Notes: generated by a model not told the origin, from the sequence alone. Shown: positions 36,984-47,228, counted from the first letter of the stretch. The stretch is 64,000 nt of DNA from Chlamydiota bacterium (GCA_021772455.1 JAJFLY010000006.1:19641-83640), one strand, 5' to 3'. A program made the numbers and translations.

Positions 36984-38045
36984 CTAAAGCTGATAATCTA
37001 AGCGAATAGAGCTGCCAAAGCGGTGGACCCCTTCGAGATTCCAGCGAGGCGCCTCTTCCATCGTTGCAATTGGCAGGTCTGGAATCAAAGGCTTCCCCTC
37101 CGGGCCCAGCACGCAATCTCCGATGTAGAGGCAAAAACGTTGGGCACGCTTCTCTTTGAGAAAAGCAGCATGGAGCATCGCTCCTCCCTCGACAAGCAGC
37201 TGCATCACATCGCGCCTTCCAAGCTCCTCAAGAACGGCTTGTAGGGTCACTTTCGGTAAGCGAATCACCTCTATCCCTTCTTTTTTCCACGTTTGGCTCG
37301 TTGTAAAGACGAGGGTGGGAGCGAGCGTTGGATCAAAGAGCGGTCCTTCAGGGGCAACTTTTCCCTCGGAGTCAATGACGACACGCAAAGGTTGTTTGGT
37401 CTCAAAAGCGCGGACGGTTAATTGAGGTTTATCGAGACGGGCTGTTTCGGAGCCGACGAGGATCGCTTGAGACTGGGCACGCAGCAGCTGAACATCTTGA
37501 CGCGCCTCTTCGGAGGTGATCCATTTGGAAGTGCCATCAACAGCTGCGGTTCTGCCATCAATACTCATTGCCGATTTGAGAACGCAGTAGGGAAAGTTTG
37601 TACGGCGGTGGTGGAGGTAGGGCAAAAGCGAGTGTTCAGCCTCGGCCTCGGCGATGCCGGTAACCACTTCGATGCCTGCTTTTTGAAGGGCTTCGATTCC
37701 AATTCCGGAGACGCGTGGATCAGGGTCGGGAAAGGGTATAACAACTTTTTTGATGCCGGCTTCGATTAAAATTTGTGTGCAAGGGGGTGTTCTTCCTTGG
37801 TGAGCGCACGGCTCTAAACTGACGTAGGCGGTTGCTCCCTTAGCAAGTGGGCCTGCCTGTTTTAAGGCAACAGCTTCTGCGTGGGGATGCCCCGGGGCGA
37901 TATGATACCCTTCGCCTAGTATTTCGCCGTCTTTCACAAGGACACACCCAACCCAAGGATTTGGGGGCGCGGTTAACCGCCCCTTTTCACCCAATTGGAT
38001 CGCCCACCTCATAAAAAACAGTTGTTGCTCTTTGGTCTCTGTCAT
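36984..38045 (-). CDS. ribD: bifunctional diaminohydroxyphosphoribosylaminopyrimidine deaminase / 5-amino-6-(5-phosphoribosylamino)uracil reductase
   Basis: The HAEAVAL and PCAHQGRTPPC zinc-deaminase motifs plus a C-terminal reductase domain. Length is 353 aa. Confidence 0.9.
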   Translation of the reverse strand: MTETKEQQLFFMRWAIQLGEKGRLTAPPNPWVGCVLVKDGEILGEGYHIAPGHPHAEAVALKQAGPLAKGATAYVSLEPCAHQGRTPPCTQILIEAGIKKVVIPFPDPDPRVSGIGIEALQKAGIEVVTGIAEAEAEHSLLPYLHHRRTNFPYCVLKSAMSIDGRTAAVDGTSKWITSEEARQDVQLLRAQSQAILVGSETARLDKPQLTVRAFETKQPLRVVIDSEGKVAPEGPLFDPTLAPTLVFTTSQTWKKEGIEVIRLPKVTLQAVLEELGRRDVMQLLVEGGAMLHAAFLKEKRAQRFCLYIGDCVLGPEGKPLIPDLPIATMEEAPRWNLEGVHRFGSSIRLDYQL

Positions 38046-38074
38046 ATACTCCCAGGAAAATATTAAGGTGATAA

Positions 38075-39343
38075 ATGCTCGATATCAAGTTAATTCGAAA
38101 AGACAAAGAAAATATAGAAGCTAAACTCAAGAAAAAAGAGCCCTCTGTTGAGCTGGGACCGGTTCTTGAGCTCGATGACCACTTACGCCATACCATCACC
38201 GAATCTGAACACCTCAAGGCTGAGCGGAATGAAAAATCGAAGCTGATCGGGGAAAAGAAGAAAAAAGGGGAATCTGCCGATGCCTTGATGGAAGAAGTGC
38301 GCAAAATCGGAGAGAAGGCGTCTGCTCTCGATCACAAACGTACTGAGCTGGAGAGGGCGTTTACCCATGCTTTGTCACAAATTCCAAATATCCCTATGGA
38401 TGACGTGAGGGATTCTCAAGATAAGGAAGAGAATGAGGTGATCAAAATGGTGGGGGAAAAGCCCGAGTTTGGGTTTGAGCCTAAAAACCATTTAGAACTC
38501 AACGACACGCTTAAGCTTTTTGAATTCCAACGGACAGCAAAGACAAGTGGCTCAGGATGGCCTGCCTACCGGGGAAATGGAGCACGTCTCGAATGGTCTT
38601 TGCTCAACTATATGATCGATATGCAACAGATCAATGGTTTTGAGTTTTGGCTCCCTCCTATCATGGTGCGCCCCCCGATGATGTTTGGCTCAGGCCAACT
38701 CCCCAAATTCGAAGGGCAATTTTACGAGGTGTCGGACAAAGAAGATCCTCTCTACTTGGTTCCAACGGCCGAGGTCTTCCTCAACGGACTCCATTATGAT
38801 GAAATTATTTCAGAAGAGGACCTTCCGATTCAGTATGCGGCCTATACTCCTTGTTTCCGACGTGAAGCGGGTGCCGCTGGGTCTCAAGAGCGGGGTTTGA
38901 TCCGAGTCCACCAGTTCAATAAGGTCGAAATGTTCTGTTTTACCAAACCTGAGCAGAGTGAAGAGATGATGGAGAAGATGGTTACTGTTGCTGAAGAAAT
39001 TTTGCAGGGACTAGGGCTTCATTACCGCATCACGAAACTGGTGACAGGTGACATGGCCTTTACTGCCGCAAAAACACTCGATATCGAGGTGTGGCTCCCG
39101 GGGCAAAATCGCTATTATGAGGTCTCCTCAATCTCCAATTGTACCGATTATCAAGCGCGTAGATCACAAATTCGCTACCGTCCGAAGGGAGAAAAACCTG
39201 AACTTGTCCACACCTTAAATGGATCGGGCCTAGCCACGTCACGCTTAATGGTGGCCCTGCTTGAAAATAACCAAAACGCAGATGGAACTGTCTCGATCCC
39301 ACCTGTGCTAGCCGAGAAGCTCGGCATGCATGTCTTGGGTTGA
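38075..39343 (+). CDS. serS: seryl-tRNA synthetase
   Basis: N-terminal coiled-coil arm and class II motifs (FRREAG..., GSGLATSR). Length is 422 aa. Confidence 0.9.
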   Translation: MLDIKLIRKDKENIEAKLKKKEPSVELGPVLELDDHLRHTITESEHLKAERNEKSKLIGEKKKKGESADALMEEVRKIGEKASALDHKRTELERAFTHALSQIPNIPMDDVRDSQDKEENEVIKMVGEKPEFGFEPKNHLELNDTLKLFEFQRTAKTSGSGWPAYRGNGARLEWSLLNYMIDMQQINGFEFWLPPIMVRPPMMFGSGQLPKFEGQFYEVSDKEDPLYLVPTAEVFLNGLHYDEIISEEDLPIQYAAYTPCFRREAGAAGSQERGLIRVHQFNKVEMFCFTKPEQSEEMMEKMVTVAEEILQGLGLHYRITKLVTGDMAFTAAKTLDIEVWLPGQNRYYEVSSISNCTDYQARRSQIRYRPKGEKPELVHTLNGSGLATSRLMVALLENNQNADGTVSIPPVLAEKLGMHVLG

Positions 39344-40205
39344 TGTACGAAGCCCGGGTGAATATGCCCACGCGCATATCCCCGGCGCCTCCAACCTCCC
39401 CTTGCTCTCCGATTCCGAGAGAGCCGAGGTGGGAACTCTTTACAAACAAGTCTCCCCCGAAAAAGCCTATGAAACAGCCTTTAAATTTGTTAAGCCGAAA
39501 CTAGCAGAATTTGTTTCGCAAGCTGCCAGGTTTGAGCAGCCGCTGACGCTCTATTGTTGGCGAGGAGGGATGCGCAGCCAGTCGCTCAACAAACTTTTTC
39601 AAGAGGCCGGCATCGAATCGAGAATTCTACAGGGAGGCTATAAAGCGTACCGCCGATCGGTTCTAGATTTTCTCGAAACCCCTTTTCCCTTTCATGTGCT
39701 AACAGGGCTAACAGGCTCTGGAAAAACAGAACAACTCCACACACTCAAAAGAGAGGGCAAAAATGTTTTGGATTTAGAGGAGCTTGCAAATCACCGTGGG
39801 AGCGTTTTTGGGGCGCTCGGCGCTCAGCCTTCTAACGAACACTTTGAAAATACTATCGCAGCCGTCTTAAAAACATTTCCCCTTGAATGCCCTATATGGG
39901 TAGAAGATGAAAGCCGTTTGATCGGTTCATGCAAAATCCCTGACACTATTTATACGCGCATGCGCCACGCCCCTCTAACGGAAGTGCGTTGCAGCGAAGA
40001 AGAGAGGCAGGAGCGGCTACTTCGTGAATATGGTGCTATTCCCCAGGATGATCTGATCGCAGCAATTGAGAAACTGCAAAAACGGTTGGGGAAAGAGCGC
40101 ACCAAAAAGGCAATTGAGGCGATTGAGCAAGGGGATCGAGTCCAGGCAATGAAGTCCCTTCTCTCCTACTACGATCGTGCTTACACCTTCAAAAACTTGC
40201 ATTGA
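39330..40205 (+). CDS. selU: tRNA 2-selenouridine synthase-like protein (rhodanese + P-loop)
   Basis: VDVRSPGEYAHAHIPGASNLPLL, the YCWRGGMRSQS active-site Cys loop and the GLTGSGKT P-loop, as in E. coli SelU/MnmH. At 291 aa it is shorter than the E. coli protein. Confidence 0.7.
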   Translation: MSWVDVRSPGEYAHAHIPGASNLPLLSDSERAEVGTLYKQVSPEKAYETAFKFVKPKLAEFVSQAARFEQPLTLYCWRGGMRSQSLNKLFQEAGIESRILQGGYKAYRRSVLDFLETPFPFHVLTGLTGSGKTEQLHTLKREGKNVLDLEELANHRGSVFGALGAQPSNEHFENTIAAVLKTFPLECPIWVEDESRLIGSCKIPDTIYTRMRHAPLTEVRCSEEERQERLLREYGAIPQDDLIAAIEKLQKRLGKERTKKAIEAIEQGDRVQAMKSLLSYYDRAYTFKNLH

Positions 40206-40257
40206 TCTTTGCAAATCTTTAACTTAAAATAAGCTTAATTTAAATTTTGGAGAAAAG

Positions 40258-40662
40258 ATGGCCCTAACACAAGCAGGAATTAAAAAAACTAATGATTCGA
40301 TTGATATAAAATGCTTAACAACTTGCAGTTTATGGTACGCGGCCAAAATAACGCTTTTTGCCGTTGCCCTTCTTGGGATTACCGGATTGGCTCCCGACTT
40401 TGTTATTGCATTGAGCGTAGTCGGTTTAGCAGTGGGTGGGATTGCTCTTTCCTGCTGCTCAAGTAACTTAAAAGGCCGTGGTGTTCAATTATTTATGGGC
40501 ACCTTAACAGCCTTTATGTTAGTAGGTATAGGTGCCTTAGGCGGTGTTGGACTCCTATCAGGAACCTCTATCGGATTAGGTGTTTTGGGCACTTTAACCC
40601 TAAGTAGTGCTTTACATTGTGCAGAACGCGAAAAATCCTGTTTCAATCAAACATTTCTATAA
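40258..40662 (+). CDS. small membrane protein with two bilobed hydrophobic domains (Inc-like)
   Basis: Two pairs of closely spaced hydrophobic segments (ITLFAVALLGITGL-APD-FVIALSVVGLAVGGIAL, and a second Gly-rich pair). Length is 134 aa. Confidence 0.5.
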   Translation: MALTQAGIKKTNDSIDIKCLTTCSLWYAAKITLFAVALLGITGLAPDFVIALSVVGLAVGGIALSCCSSNLKGRGVQLFMGTLTAFMLVGIGALGGVGLLSGTSIGLGVLGTLTLSSALHCAEREKSCFNQTFL

Positions 40663-40720
40663 TCTTAAGCAGCCTTGCGCCACCTCTGCCCTTGCATCTC
40701 CAAACGCAAAAGAGTAATAT

Positions 40721-41443
40721 TTGAATGTGGATACACATTTTCAAAATAAAGATCCCCTTTCACATGTGATGGAGAAGAGAGCTGAAGGGATGCTCTCTAT
40801 TTCAGAAAGTCATGGTACAGAGATGCCGGGACATCTTGCAGCAGCTGCAGATGCCGCGCGCGAAATGGCTATGGTCCTCCTGCTTGTCTGGCTTTTTTCT
40901 CCCTCAGCTTCGGTATTAATCTCTATAGGTTTTGCGTGGTTTGCCTGGAAAACAGGGAGAAGCGGGTGGCTTGGCTGGGCAAGGCTAGAACGCCTTCACA
41001 GCGTCATCGAACAAGAAAAATACGAAATCGAACACCACCGCCCTCAAGAGCGAGAAGAGCTTGTTGCTCTCTATCAAGCTAAAGGGTTTGAAGGAAAACT
41101 TCTCGATGATGTCGTTGATGTGCTGATGGCCGATCAAGACCGCCTATTGAAAGTGATGTTGGAAGAGGAAATGGGGCTCACCCTGCAAGCTTACGAGCAC
41201 CCTCTCAAGCAATCCCTTGGGGCCGCAATCGGCTCTTTTATTTCTTTTGTTATCATGGCGCTTTTCTTTTTCCTTTCCCCCTCTTATGGCATGATACTTG
41301 CATTCTTTTTACTGCTAGCCACAAGTGCAACCGTTTCAGCTCTCCAAGAAAAAAATCGGGTTATCCCCGCTGTGATCTGGAATGTGAGCATCGGGGCACT
41401 TGGATTTGGTGTGGCCTACTTTTTATTTCAAATACTTGCATGA
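40721..41443 (+). CDS. VIT1/CCC1-family (iron/manganese) membrane transporter-like protein
   Basis: EHHRPQEREELVALYQAKGF...LLKVMLEEEMGL is the cytoplasmic helical bundle typical of the VIT family, flanked by TM helices. The start is uncertain (TTG at 40721, or Met17). Confidence 0.55.
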   Translation: MNVDTHFQNKDPLSHVMEKRAEGMLSISESHGTEMPGHLAAAADAAREMAMVLLLVWLFSPSASVLISIGFAWFAWKTGRSGWLGWARLERLHSVIEQEKYEIEHHRPQEREELVALYQAKGFEGKLLDDVVDVLMADQDRLLKVMLEEEMGLTLQAYEHPLKQSLGAAIGSFISFVIMALFFFLSPSYGMILAFFLLLATSATVSALQEKNRVIPAVIWNVSIGALGFGVAYFLFQILA

Positions 41444-43398
41444 CGATGAATGTGCGTAATTTATTTCCTTCGGCGACAGGTGGCGTAGAACTCTTCGATG
41501 AGTTCTTCGAATCAGGTTTGGAGGAGAGTGTCAGCCCTTTTTTGACGCCCGAATCACGCGGGTGGGGGAAAAATATTGGGCTCAAAAGCTCATTAGTTTC
41601 AGCATTCCTACTACTTTTCGCCTTTGTCTTCTCCTTTGTTCCCGGTCAAGAATCTCTTTCAAACCTCTTACTCTTATTAACCTATTTTCTTGCAGGCATT
41701 CCGGCATTAATCTCTTCGATTGAAGATATTTTCGATTTAGAGATCAATATCGATGTATTGATGACCTTGGCAGCTTTTCTCTCGGTTTTGATCGGAAGCG
41801 GAAAGGAGGGGGCTTTATTACTTGTCCTCTTTTCTTTTTCGGGTGCCATGGAAACGGCGGTGCGGACCAAAGCAAAGGGGGCGATCAGTTCACTGAAAAA
41901 ACTCGCTCCACAAAAGGCATATGTCGTTCAACCCGATGGCACTCTGGTTCCCCGTTCGGTTAAAGATATTGCGGCGGGCACACAGATTCATGTGAAAGCG
42001 GGTGAAGTTGTCCCTCTCGATGGCACCGTGACTGCAGGAGCCTCGTCGGTCAATTTGGTTCATCTAACAGGAGAAAACCTTCCTCTTACGCGTGATGTGG
42101 GAGATACGGTTCCAGCTGGTGGGCGTAATTTGGAAGGAGCTTTGACTCTCACCGTCACCCACACAAGCTCTGATTCGACACTGGCGCGCATTATCCAGTT
42201 GGTGACACAAGCGCAAGAGTCTAAGCCCAAGCTGCAAAGATGGTTTGATACGCTCAGCAATCGCTACGCCATGACCATTATTGGACTCGCCTGCCTTTTT
42301 GCCCTTGCACTCCCCTGGTTTTTTAATATTTCCTATTTAGGCAATGAGGGCTCGATCTACCGCTCTCTCGCTTTTTTGATCGCCGCCTCTCCCTGCGCTC
42401 TGATTATTGCAATCCCCATCGCCTACTTAAGCGCGGTCAGCTGCTGCGCAAAGCAGGGCATCTTGCTTAAAGGGGGGATGATTTTAGACTCTCTGGCCAA
42501 ATGTCAAACGATTGCGATGGATAAAACGGGAACATTAACAACCGGCGAGCTCACCTGTTTGGAAATGCTTACTGAAGGTAATCAAGAGACCTTTCTCTCC
42601 ATCGCCTATGCCTTAGAGCGTTCGGCTGTCCATCCTATTGCCCAAGCGATTACAAATTTTGCACAAACAAAAGGGATTCTCCCTGCCTCCATCACCGATT
42701 TTCACTCCATTCCAGGTTATGGACTAGAAGGGAAGTTTGAGGGTAAGGAAGTGCGTATCGGCAATGCCGACTGGCTCTTACCCGACACAGATCAGGTGAG
42801 AGAGATTAAAGAGCGCGGCGAGATCGTCACCGTGCTGCGAGTGGGTGAGGAATACGCCCTTTTTCGTTTTCGCGATCTACTACGAGCTAACATTGTCCCA
42901 ACTCTTGAGAAACTCAAAAATAAGTGGGGCATGCGCCTTTTGATGTTAACGGGCGACCACGAGGCGAGCGCTCGGAGAATTGCCGAAGAAGCGGGATTAA
43001 CCGAATATTATGCAGATTTGCGCCCTGAGAACAAGCTCGCGTATATCTCCAAGGAAGAGAACCTGGCGATGGTGGGTGATGGGATCAACGACGCGCCGGC
43101 ACTTGCCAGAGCGTCCGTAGGAATTTCTATGGGAAAGGTCGGAAGCACCTCAGCAATAGATGCTTCCGATATTGTATTTTTGCAAGACAACATTGAATTG
43201 CTCGAGTGGCTCGTAAAAAAATCCCATCAAGTGGTACGTATTGTAAAACAAAACGTGACGATTGCCGCTGCGGCGATTCTTGTTGCGACGCTGCCTGCAC
43301 TTCTGGGGTGGATTCCACTCTGGATGGCGGTTGTATTACATGAGGGAGGGACGGTGATTGTCGGTTTGAATGCATTAAGATTATTAGGGAAAAAATGA
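41440..43398 (+). CDS. P1B-type heavy-metal-translocating ATPase (SPC motif, no N-terminal HMA domain)
   Basis: AASPCAL (SPC), DKTGTLT, HPIA, TGD and GDGINDAPAL. ATGA overlap with the upstream VIT-like gene. Confidence 0.85.
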   Translation: MTMNVRNLFPSATGGVELFDEFFESGLEESVSPFLTPESRGWGKNIGLKSSLVSAFLLLFAFVFSFVPGQESLSNLLLLLTYFLAGIPALISSIEDIFDLEINIDVLMTLAAFLSVLIGSGKEGALLLVLFSFSGAMETAVRTKAKGAISSLKKLAPQKAYVVQPDGTLVPRSVKDIAAGTQIHVKAGEVVPLDGTVTAGASSVNLVHLTGENLPLTRDVGDTVPAGGRNLEGALTLTVTHTSSDSTLARIIQLVTQAQESKPKLQRWFDTLSNRYAMTIIGLACLFALALPWFFNISYLGNEGSIYRSLAFLIAASPCALIIAIPIAYLSAVSCCAKQGILLKGGMILDSLAKCQTIAMDKTGTLTTGELTCLEMLTEGNQETFLSIAYALERSAVHPIAQAITNFAQTKGILPASITDFHSIPGYGLEGKFEGKEVRIGNADWLLPDTDQVREIKERGEIVTVLRVGEEYALFRFRDLLRANIVPTLEKLKNKWGMRLLMLTGDHEASARRIAEEAGLTEYYADLRPENKLAYISKEENLAMVGDGINDAPALARASVGISMGKVGSTSAIDASDIVFLQDNIELLEWLVKKSHQVVRIVKQNVTIAAAAILVATLPALLGWIPLWMAVVLHEGGTVIVGLNALRLLGKK

Positions 43399-46300
43399 CC
43401 GAAGATCCCAAAATACCACCCGAGCAGATGAAAGAAGCGATCAAAGAGGAGAGGGAGCGCTTCGAGCGCTTTTATCTTTGGCTGGAAAATAGCATGCCTC
43501 GTGTGTTTTTTCAAGAGGTTGGAAAAGAGTGGATCTCCTTAATCGTTCACAGTTTGATGGGCTTTGAAGAACAAGATTTATTCTCAGAAATTCATCTCAA
43601 AAATGGGGCTATCTCTTTGTGCGTAGATAGCCCAGAGGCCGATGTCAAGATCCTCGAGAGCTACCCCATGTTCGGAATCAAAAACTACACCACATACGTT
43701 TCGCGCGAACCGGTCCCCTTCTCGAGTGTTAAAGGAAACTTGCGCATCGCAACCATCTATTTTACAGAAGTTCTTGTCGGTGCGGTCGAGATCCCCTTGA
43801 GCAGTGAAATCCGCTCGGAACTGAAGGGCTTCTTAAAGGCGCGTAATCCAGAATGGTCAGTGGAAAAAAATGACGCATTGATCGCTCAAATGGAACCGCG
43901 TTTTTTGCGGAAAATTCCAAATGAGAGTCGCATCCTTGCCCTGGAGATGTTCGAACGAGCCCAAACGCGCGATCATTGTCAGTATGAAGTGCAATATGAA
44001 GAGGATTGGAAAGAGAAAGGCTCCCCTTCGATGTTCGTTGTCTTGGCGTGGAAAAATGTCCCTAAACACAATTTCCTCTATCGCCTTGCGCGTATTGTCA
44101 ATCAACACGGCCTTGTGATGCGCCGAGTCAATGCCGCCTACCTCAATCCCCATACGACAGAAAGTATTTTTATGCTCTCTTTTGGCCTTCACGGCAGGAA
44201 CGAAGAGGCTGCTTGGGAAGCAGCTGACATCGCCGATTTCCTTCAAGAAGTGGTGACGCTTAAATATTTTGGTTCACTTGACGCATACGACACAACTTTT
44301 GTCAGCACAGGGTTATTACGCGGCAACCTTGCAAATCTTTTGCGTTCGGCGATGCATTTTATTAACCAAGTACTACTCAATGTTGACCCCAATCTCTACA
44401 ACTTAGAAAATATCGTAGAAGGGCTTTGTCGCCATCCAGAGTTGACTATAAAGCTATGCGAGGCTTTTGAATATAAATTCCATCCCACAAAACATGATCT
44501 AACAAAATTCGAGGTCGCGCGCGAAGAGTTTTTAACCCTCATCGATCAACTCGATACCGGCCATGAATTTCATGACACACGCAGAAAAAATATCCTGCTC
44601 CAGGGAATGAACTTTGTCACACATACCCTCAAGACCAACTTCTATAAAAATAATAAAACTGCCCACGCCTTTCGTCTAAATCCCGAGTACCTCGATCACG
44701 CCCCCTTTGATCGGAAAAAAAATTTTCCAGAGCTCCCTTTCGGCGTCTTTTTCTTTAAAGGGATGCATTTCCTGGGATTTCATATCCGCTTCAGAGACCT
44801 TTCTAGAGGGGGATTGCGTACAATTTTTCCCGAGCGCAAGGAACGGATGCTTGCCGAACGCAACACCGTCTTTATGGAGTGCTATAACCTCGCCTACACC
44901 CAGCAAAAGAAAAACAAAGATATTCCTGAAGGGGGTGCTAAGGGCGTTATCTTCTTAAAGCCCTATGAGCGCCTCGCCTCCGAAATGGAGATCTTATCCC
45001 GAGAAATGAGTGATGCAGGGATGGACTTAAGTGAAATTGAATCCCGTTTAGAGGCCTTTAAAGCCGAGCAAAAGCTTGAATACCTCTATCAAACGCAGCG
45101 CTCCTTTATCAAATGCTTTCTCTCACTTATTAATTGCGATCCAGACGGCACTCTCAAAGCTAAACACGTGATTGATTATTGGAATAAGCCCGAGTATATT
45201 TATCTAGGTCCAGACGAGAATATGCACGACACAATGATCGAATGGATTGCCAAAGAAAGTGAGCACGCACGTTACAAGCCTGGCGGTGCTTTTATAAGCG
45301 GAAAGCCTCGAATTGGAATTAATCACAAAGAATACGGCGTGACCTCTCTCGGAGTTAACGTCAACATGCACGAAATGCTCCATTACTTAGGGATAGATCC
45401 CTACACCCAAACATTTACTGTCAAAATTTCTGGAGGTCCTGATGGAGATGTCGCAGGAAATCAAATCAAAAATCTTTTTACCTACTACAAAGAGACAGCA
45501 AAACTCGTCGCCCTTACAGATGTCTCTGGAACGATTCATGATCCAAATGGCCTTGATTTAAGAATACTTGTAGAGCTCTTTAACGAAAGAAAACCAATTC
45601 GCTTTTATCCTCCTGACAGTCTTACTCCAGGGGGTTTTTTGCTCGACCGGGAAAACAGACGCGAGCAAACTCCATACGTTCAGCAAACTCTTTGCTGGCG
45701 CAATAAAGATGGTTCTGTCGTTTCAGATTGGCTCTCAGGAAACGAAATGAACGCACTCTACCGCCATAATGTTCATCAAACACCTGCCGATATTTTCATC
45801 CCTTGTGGTGGACGTCCCAGAACATTACAAAATACCAACTACAAAGACTTCCTAGATCAAAATGGAAAACCGACCGCACAAGCCATTGTAGAGGGAGCCA
45901 ATCTTTACATCTCCCCCTGGGCGCGCCACTTCCTTGAAGAGCAAGGCGCCCTGATTATCAAAGACAGCTCCGCAAATAAAGGAGGAGTGATCTGCTCCTC
46001 TTTTGAAATTTTGTGTGGATTGACCCTCACCGACGCCGAATTTTTAGAATACAAACCAATGCTCGTTGAAGAGATCCTTGAAAGGGTGCAAAAATGCGCC
46101 CTTGATGAAGTAACTCTAATGCTTAATGAACACAGGAAAGGGGAAAACCCCCTCTCCGATATTTCCGACGACATTTCCAAGCGGATCAACTATTTCACCG
46201 ACCAGCTCCGCAGTTATCTCGAAACAATTGAGCTACCCGATAACGCAAAAGATCCTCTTATCCAGTGCTTCTTATCATACTGCCCCAAAACCTTGCGTGA

Positions 46301-46466
46301 AAAATTCCACGACCACCTCATAAGGGAAATTCCGGAGAATCACAAAAAGGCTGTAATCGCCACCCACATCGCTTCCAGACTCGTCTACAAACGTGGGATG
46401 GAGTGGTTCCCCACTCTTATCGATATTTTACCAATTCTTATTCACGATAAGGATCTTATTGACTAG
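43395..46466 (+). CDS. large (~115 kDa class) NAD-dependent glutamate dehydrogenase-like protein
   Basis: The 1023-aa protein has the central DIPEGGAKGVIFLK and GPDENM...GINHKEYGVTS...GGPDGDVAGN blocks characteristic of large NAD-GDHs. Confidence 0.6.
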   Translation: MTEDPKIPPEQMKEAIKEERERFERFYLWLENSMPRVFFQEVGKEWISLIVHSLMGFEEQDLFSEIHLKNGAISLCVDSPEADVKILESYPMFGIKNYTTYVSREPVPFSSVKGNLRIATIYFTEVLVGAVEIPLSSEIRSELKGFLKARNPEWSVEKNDALIAQMEPRFLRKIPNESRILALEMFERAQTRDHCQYEVQYEEDWKEKGSPSMFVVLAWKNVPKHNFLYRLARIVNQHGLVMRRVNAAYLNPHTTESIFMLSFGLHGRNEEAAWEAADIADFLQEVVTLKYFGSLDAYDTTFVSTGLLRGNLANLLRSAMHFINQVLLNVDPNLYNLENIVEGLCRHPELTIKLCEAFEYKFHPTKHDLTKFEVAREEFLTLIDQLDTGHEFHDTRRKNILLQGMNFVTHTLKTNFYKNNKTAHAFRLNPEYLDHAPFDRKKNFPELPFGVFFFKGMHFLGFHIRFRDLSRGGLRTIFPERKERMLAERNTVFMECYNLAYTQQKKNKDIPEGGAKGVIFLKPYERLASEMEILSREMSDAGMDLSEIESRLEAFKAEQKLEYLYQTQRSFIKCFLSLINCDPDGTLKAKHVIDYWNKPEYIYLGPDENMHDTMIEWIAKESEHARYKPGGAFISGKPRIGINHKEYGVTSLGVNVNMHEMLHYLGIDPYTQTFTVKISGGPDGDVAGNQIKNLFTYYKETAKLVALTDVSGTIHDPNGLDLRILVELFNERKPIRFYPPDSLTPGGFLLDRENRREQTPYVQQTLCWRNKDGSVVSDWLSGNEMNALYRHNVHQTPADIFIPCGGRPRTLQNTNYKDFLDQNGKPTAQAIVEGANLYISPWARHFLEEQGALIIKDSSANKGGVICSSFEILCGLTLTDAEFLEYKPMLVEEILERVQKCALDEVTLMLNEHRKGENPLSDISDDISKRINYFTDQLRSYLETIELPDNAKDPLIQCFLSYCPKTLREKFHDHLIREIPENHKKAVIATHIASRLVYKRGMEWFPTLIDILPILIHDKDLID

Positions 46467-46471
46467 CCCAA

Positions 46472-47062
46472 CTACAATCCCAGCTTCTTAACAGCACTTC
46501 TATCATCACGATACTTTGAGTTATGAGGCAATGTCAGATTTACTACTAAATCCTGAGGTTCTCTTTGGTTCGCATAGATTCCCCTTGTAAGCAAAATATT
46601 CTGACCAACTTCCCACCGCTCAAAATAATGATCTATTGCTTCCATTTCCAATTCCGCACCATCACTTAGCGTAATAGAATGGCAATCCGGAAAAAACCAA
46701 TTATGCGTTTGAAAATCTGTTTTCGTGATCTGCTTAAGCACAAGCTTTGAATTTGGATCGATGGAGCTATAGACAAAGGAATTTTGAACGACGTTTTCAA
46801 GCTTAATTCCACTATGATCATCAGTATAAATATAGATCTCATCGTTCTTTTTCCATTTTCTTAGCTTAGCTTCGTCACTGTTGAAACACTGAGATTTCCA
46901 CTCAGTTCCATTGGAAAGTTTGATATGCGCAAATACTTGAAAACGGTATTTTGTAGAAAATGTAACTTTCTCAAAATAAGTTGGGGGAGTCGTCATTTCC
47001 CCACTCAAAGGGGCAGAGATGCTGGAGATAAACACGGCTAATAACAGGAACACTTTATTCAT
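46472..47062 (-). CDS. hypothetical secreted protein
   Basis: MNKVFLLLAVFISSISAPLSG signal peptide from ATG at 47062. I recognise no family. Confidence 0.5.
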   Translation of the reverse strand: MNKVFLLLAVFISSISAPLSGEMTTPPTYFEKVTFSTKYRFQVFAHIKLSNGTEWKSQCFNSDEAKLRKWKKNDEIYIYTDDHSGIKLENVVQNSFVYSSIDPNSKLVLKQITKTDFQTHNWFFPDCHSITLSDGAELEMEAIDHYFERWEVGQNILLTRGIYANQREPQDLVVNLTLPHNSKYRDDRSAVKKLGL

Positions 47063-47228
47063 TCTAAACCTCTTAAATTGATTAATCAGCGTCATTTTCC
47101 GACAAAAAAACGCCTTTATTCAAAAAATTTTAGTTGAATTTCACTTTTTCCGCCATCCCATATTGATATTATCTTAATATTTCGCAGGCCTCAGATTTTA
47201 ACATTGCTGCAATGCGAAGACAGAGATC

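Noticed and set aside
40721-43398. VIT-like + SPC-type P1B ATPase as a novel metal system linked to the MNIO cluster
   Set aside because: Both are ordinary metal-homeostasis families and sit 11 kb from the MNIO cluster. No sequence evidence links them functionally.
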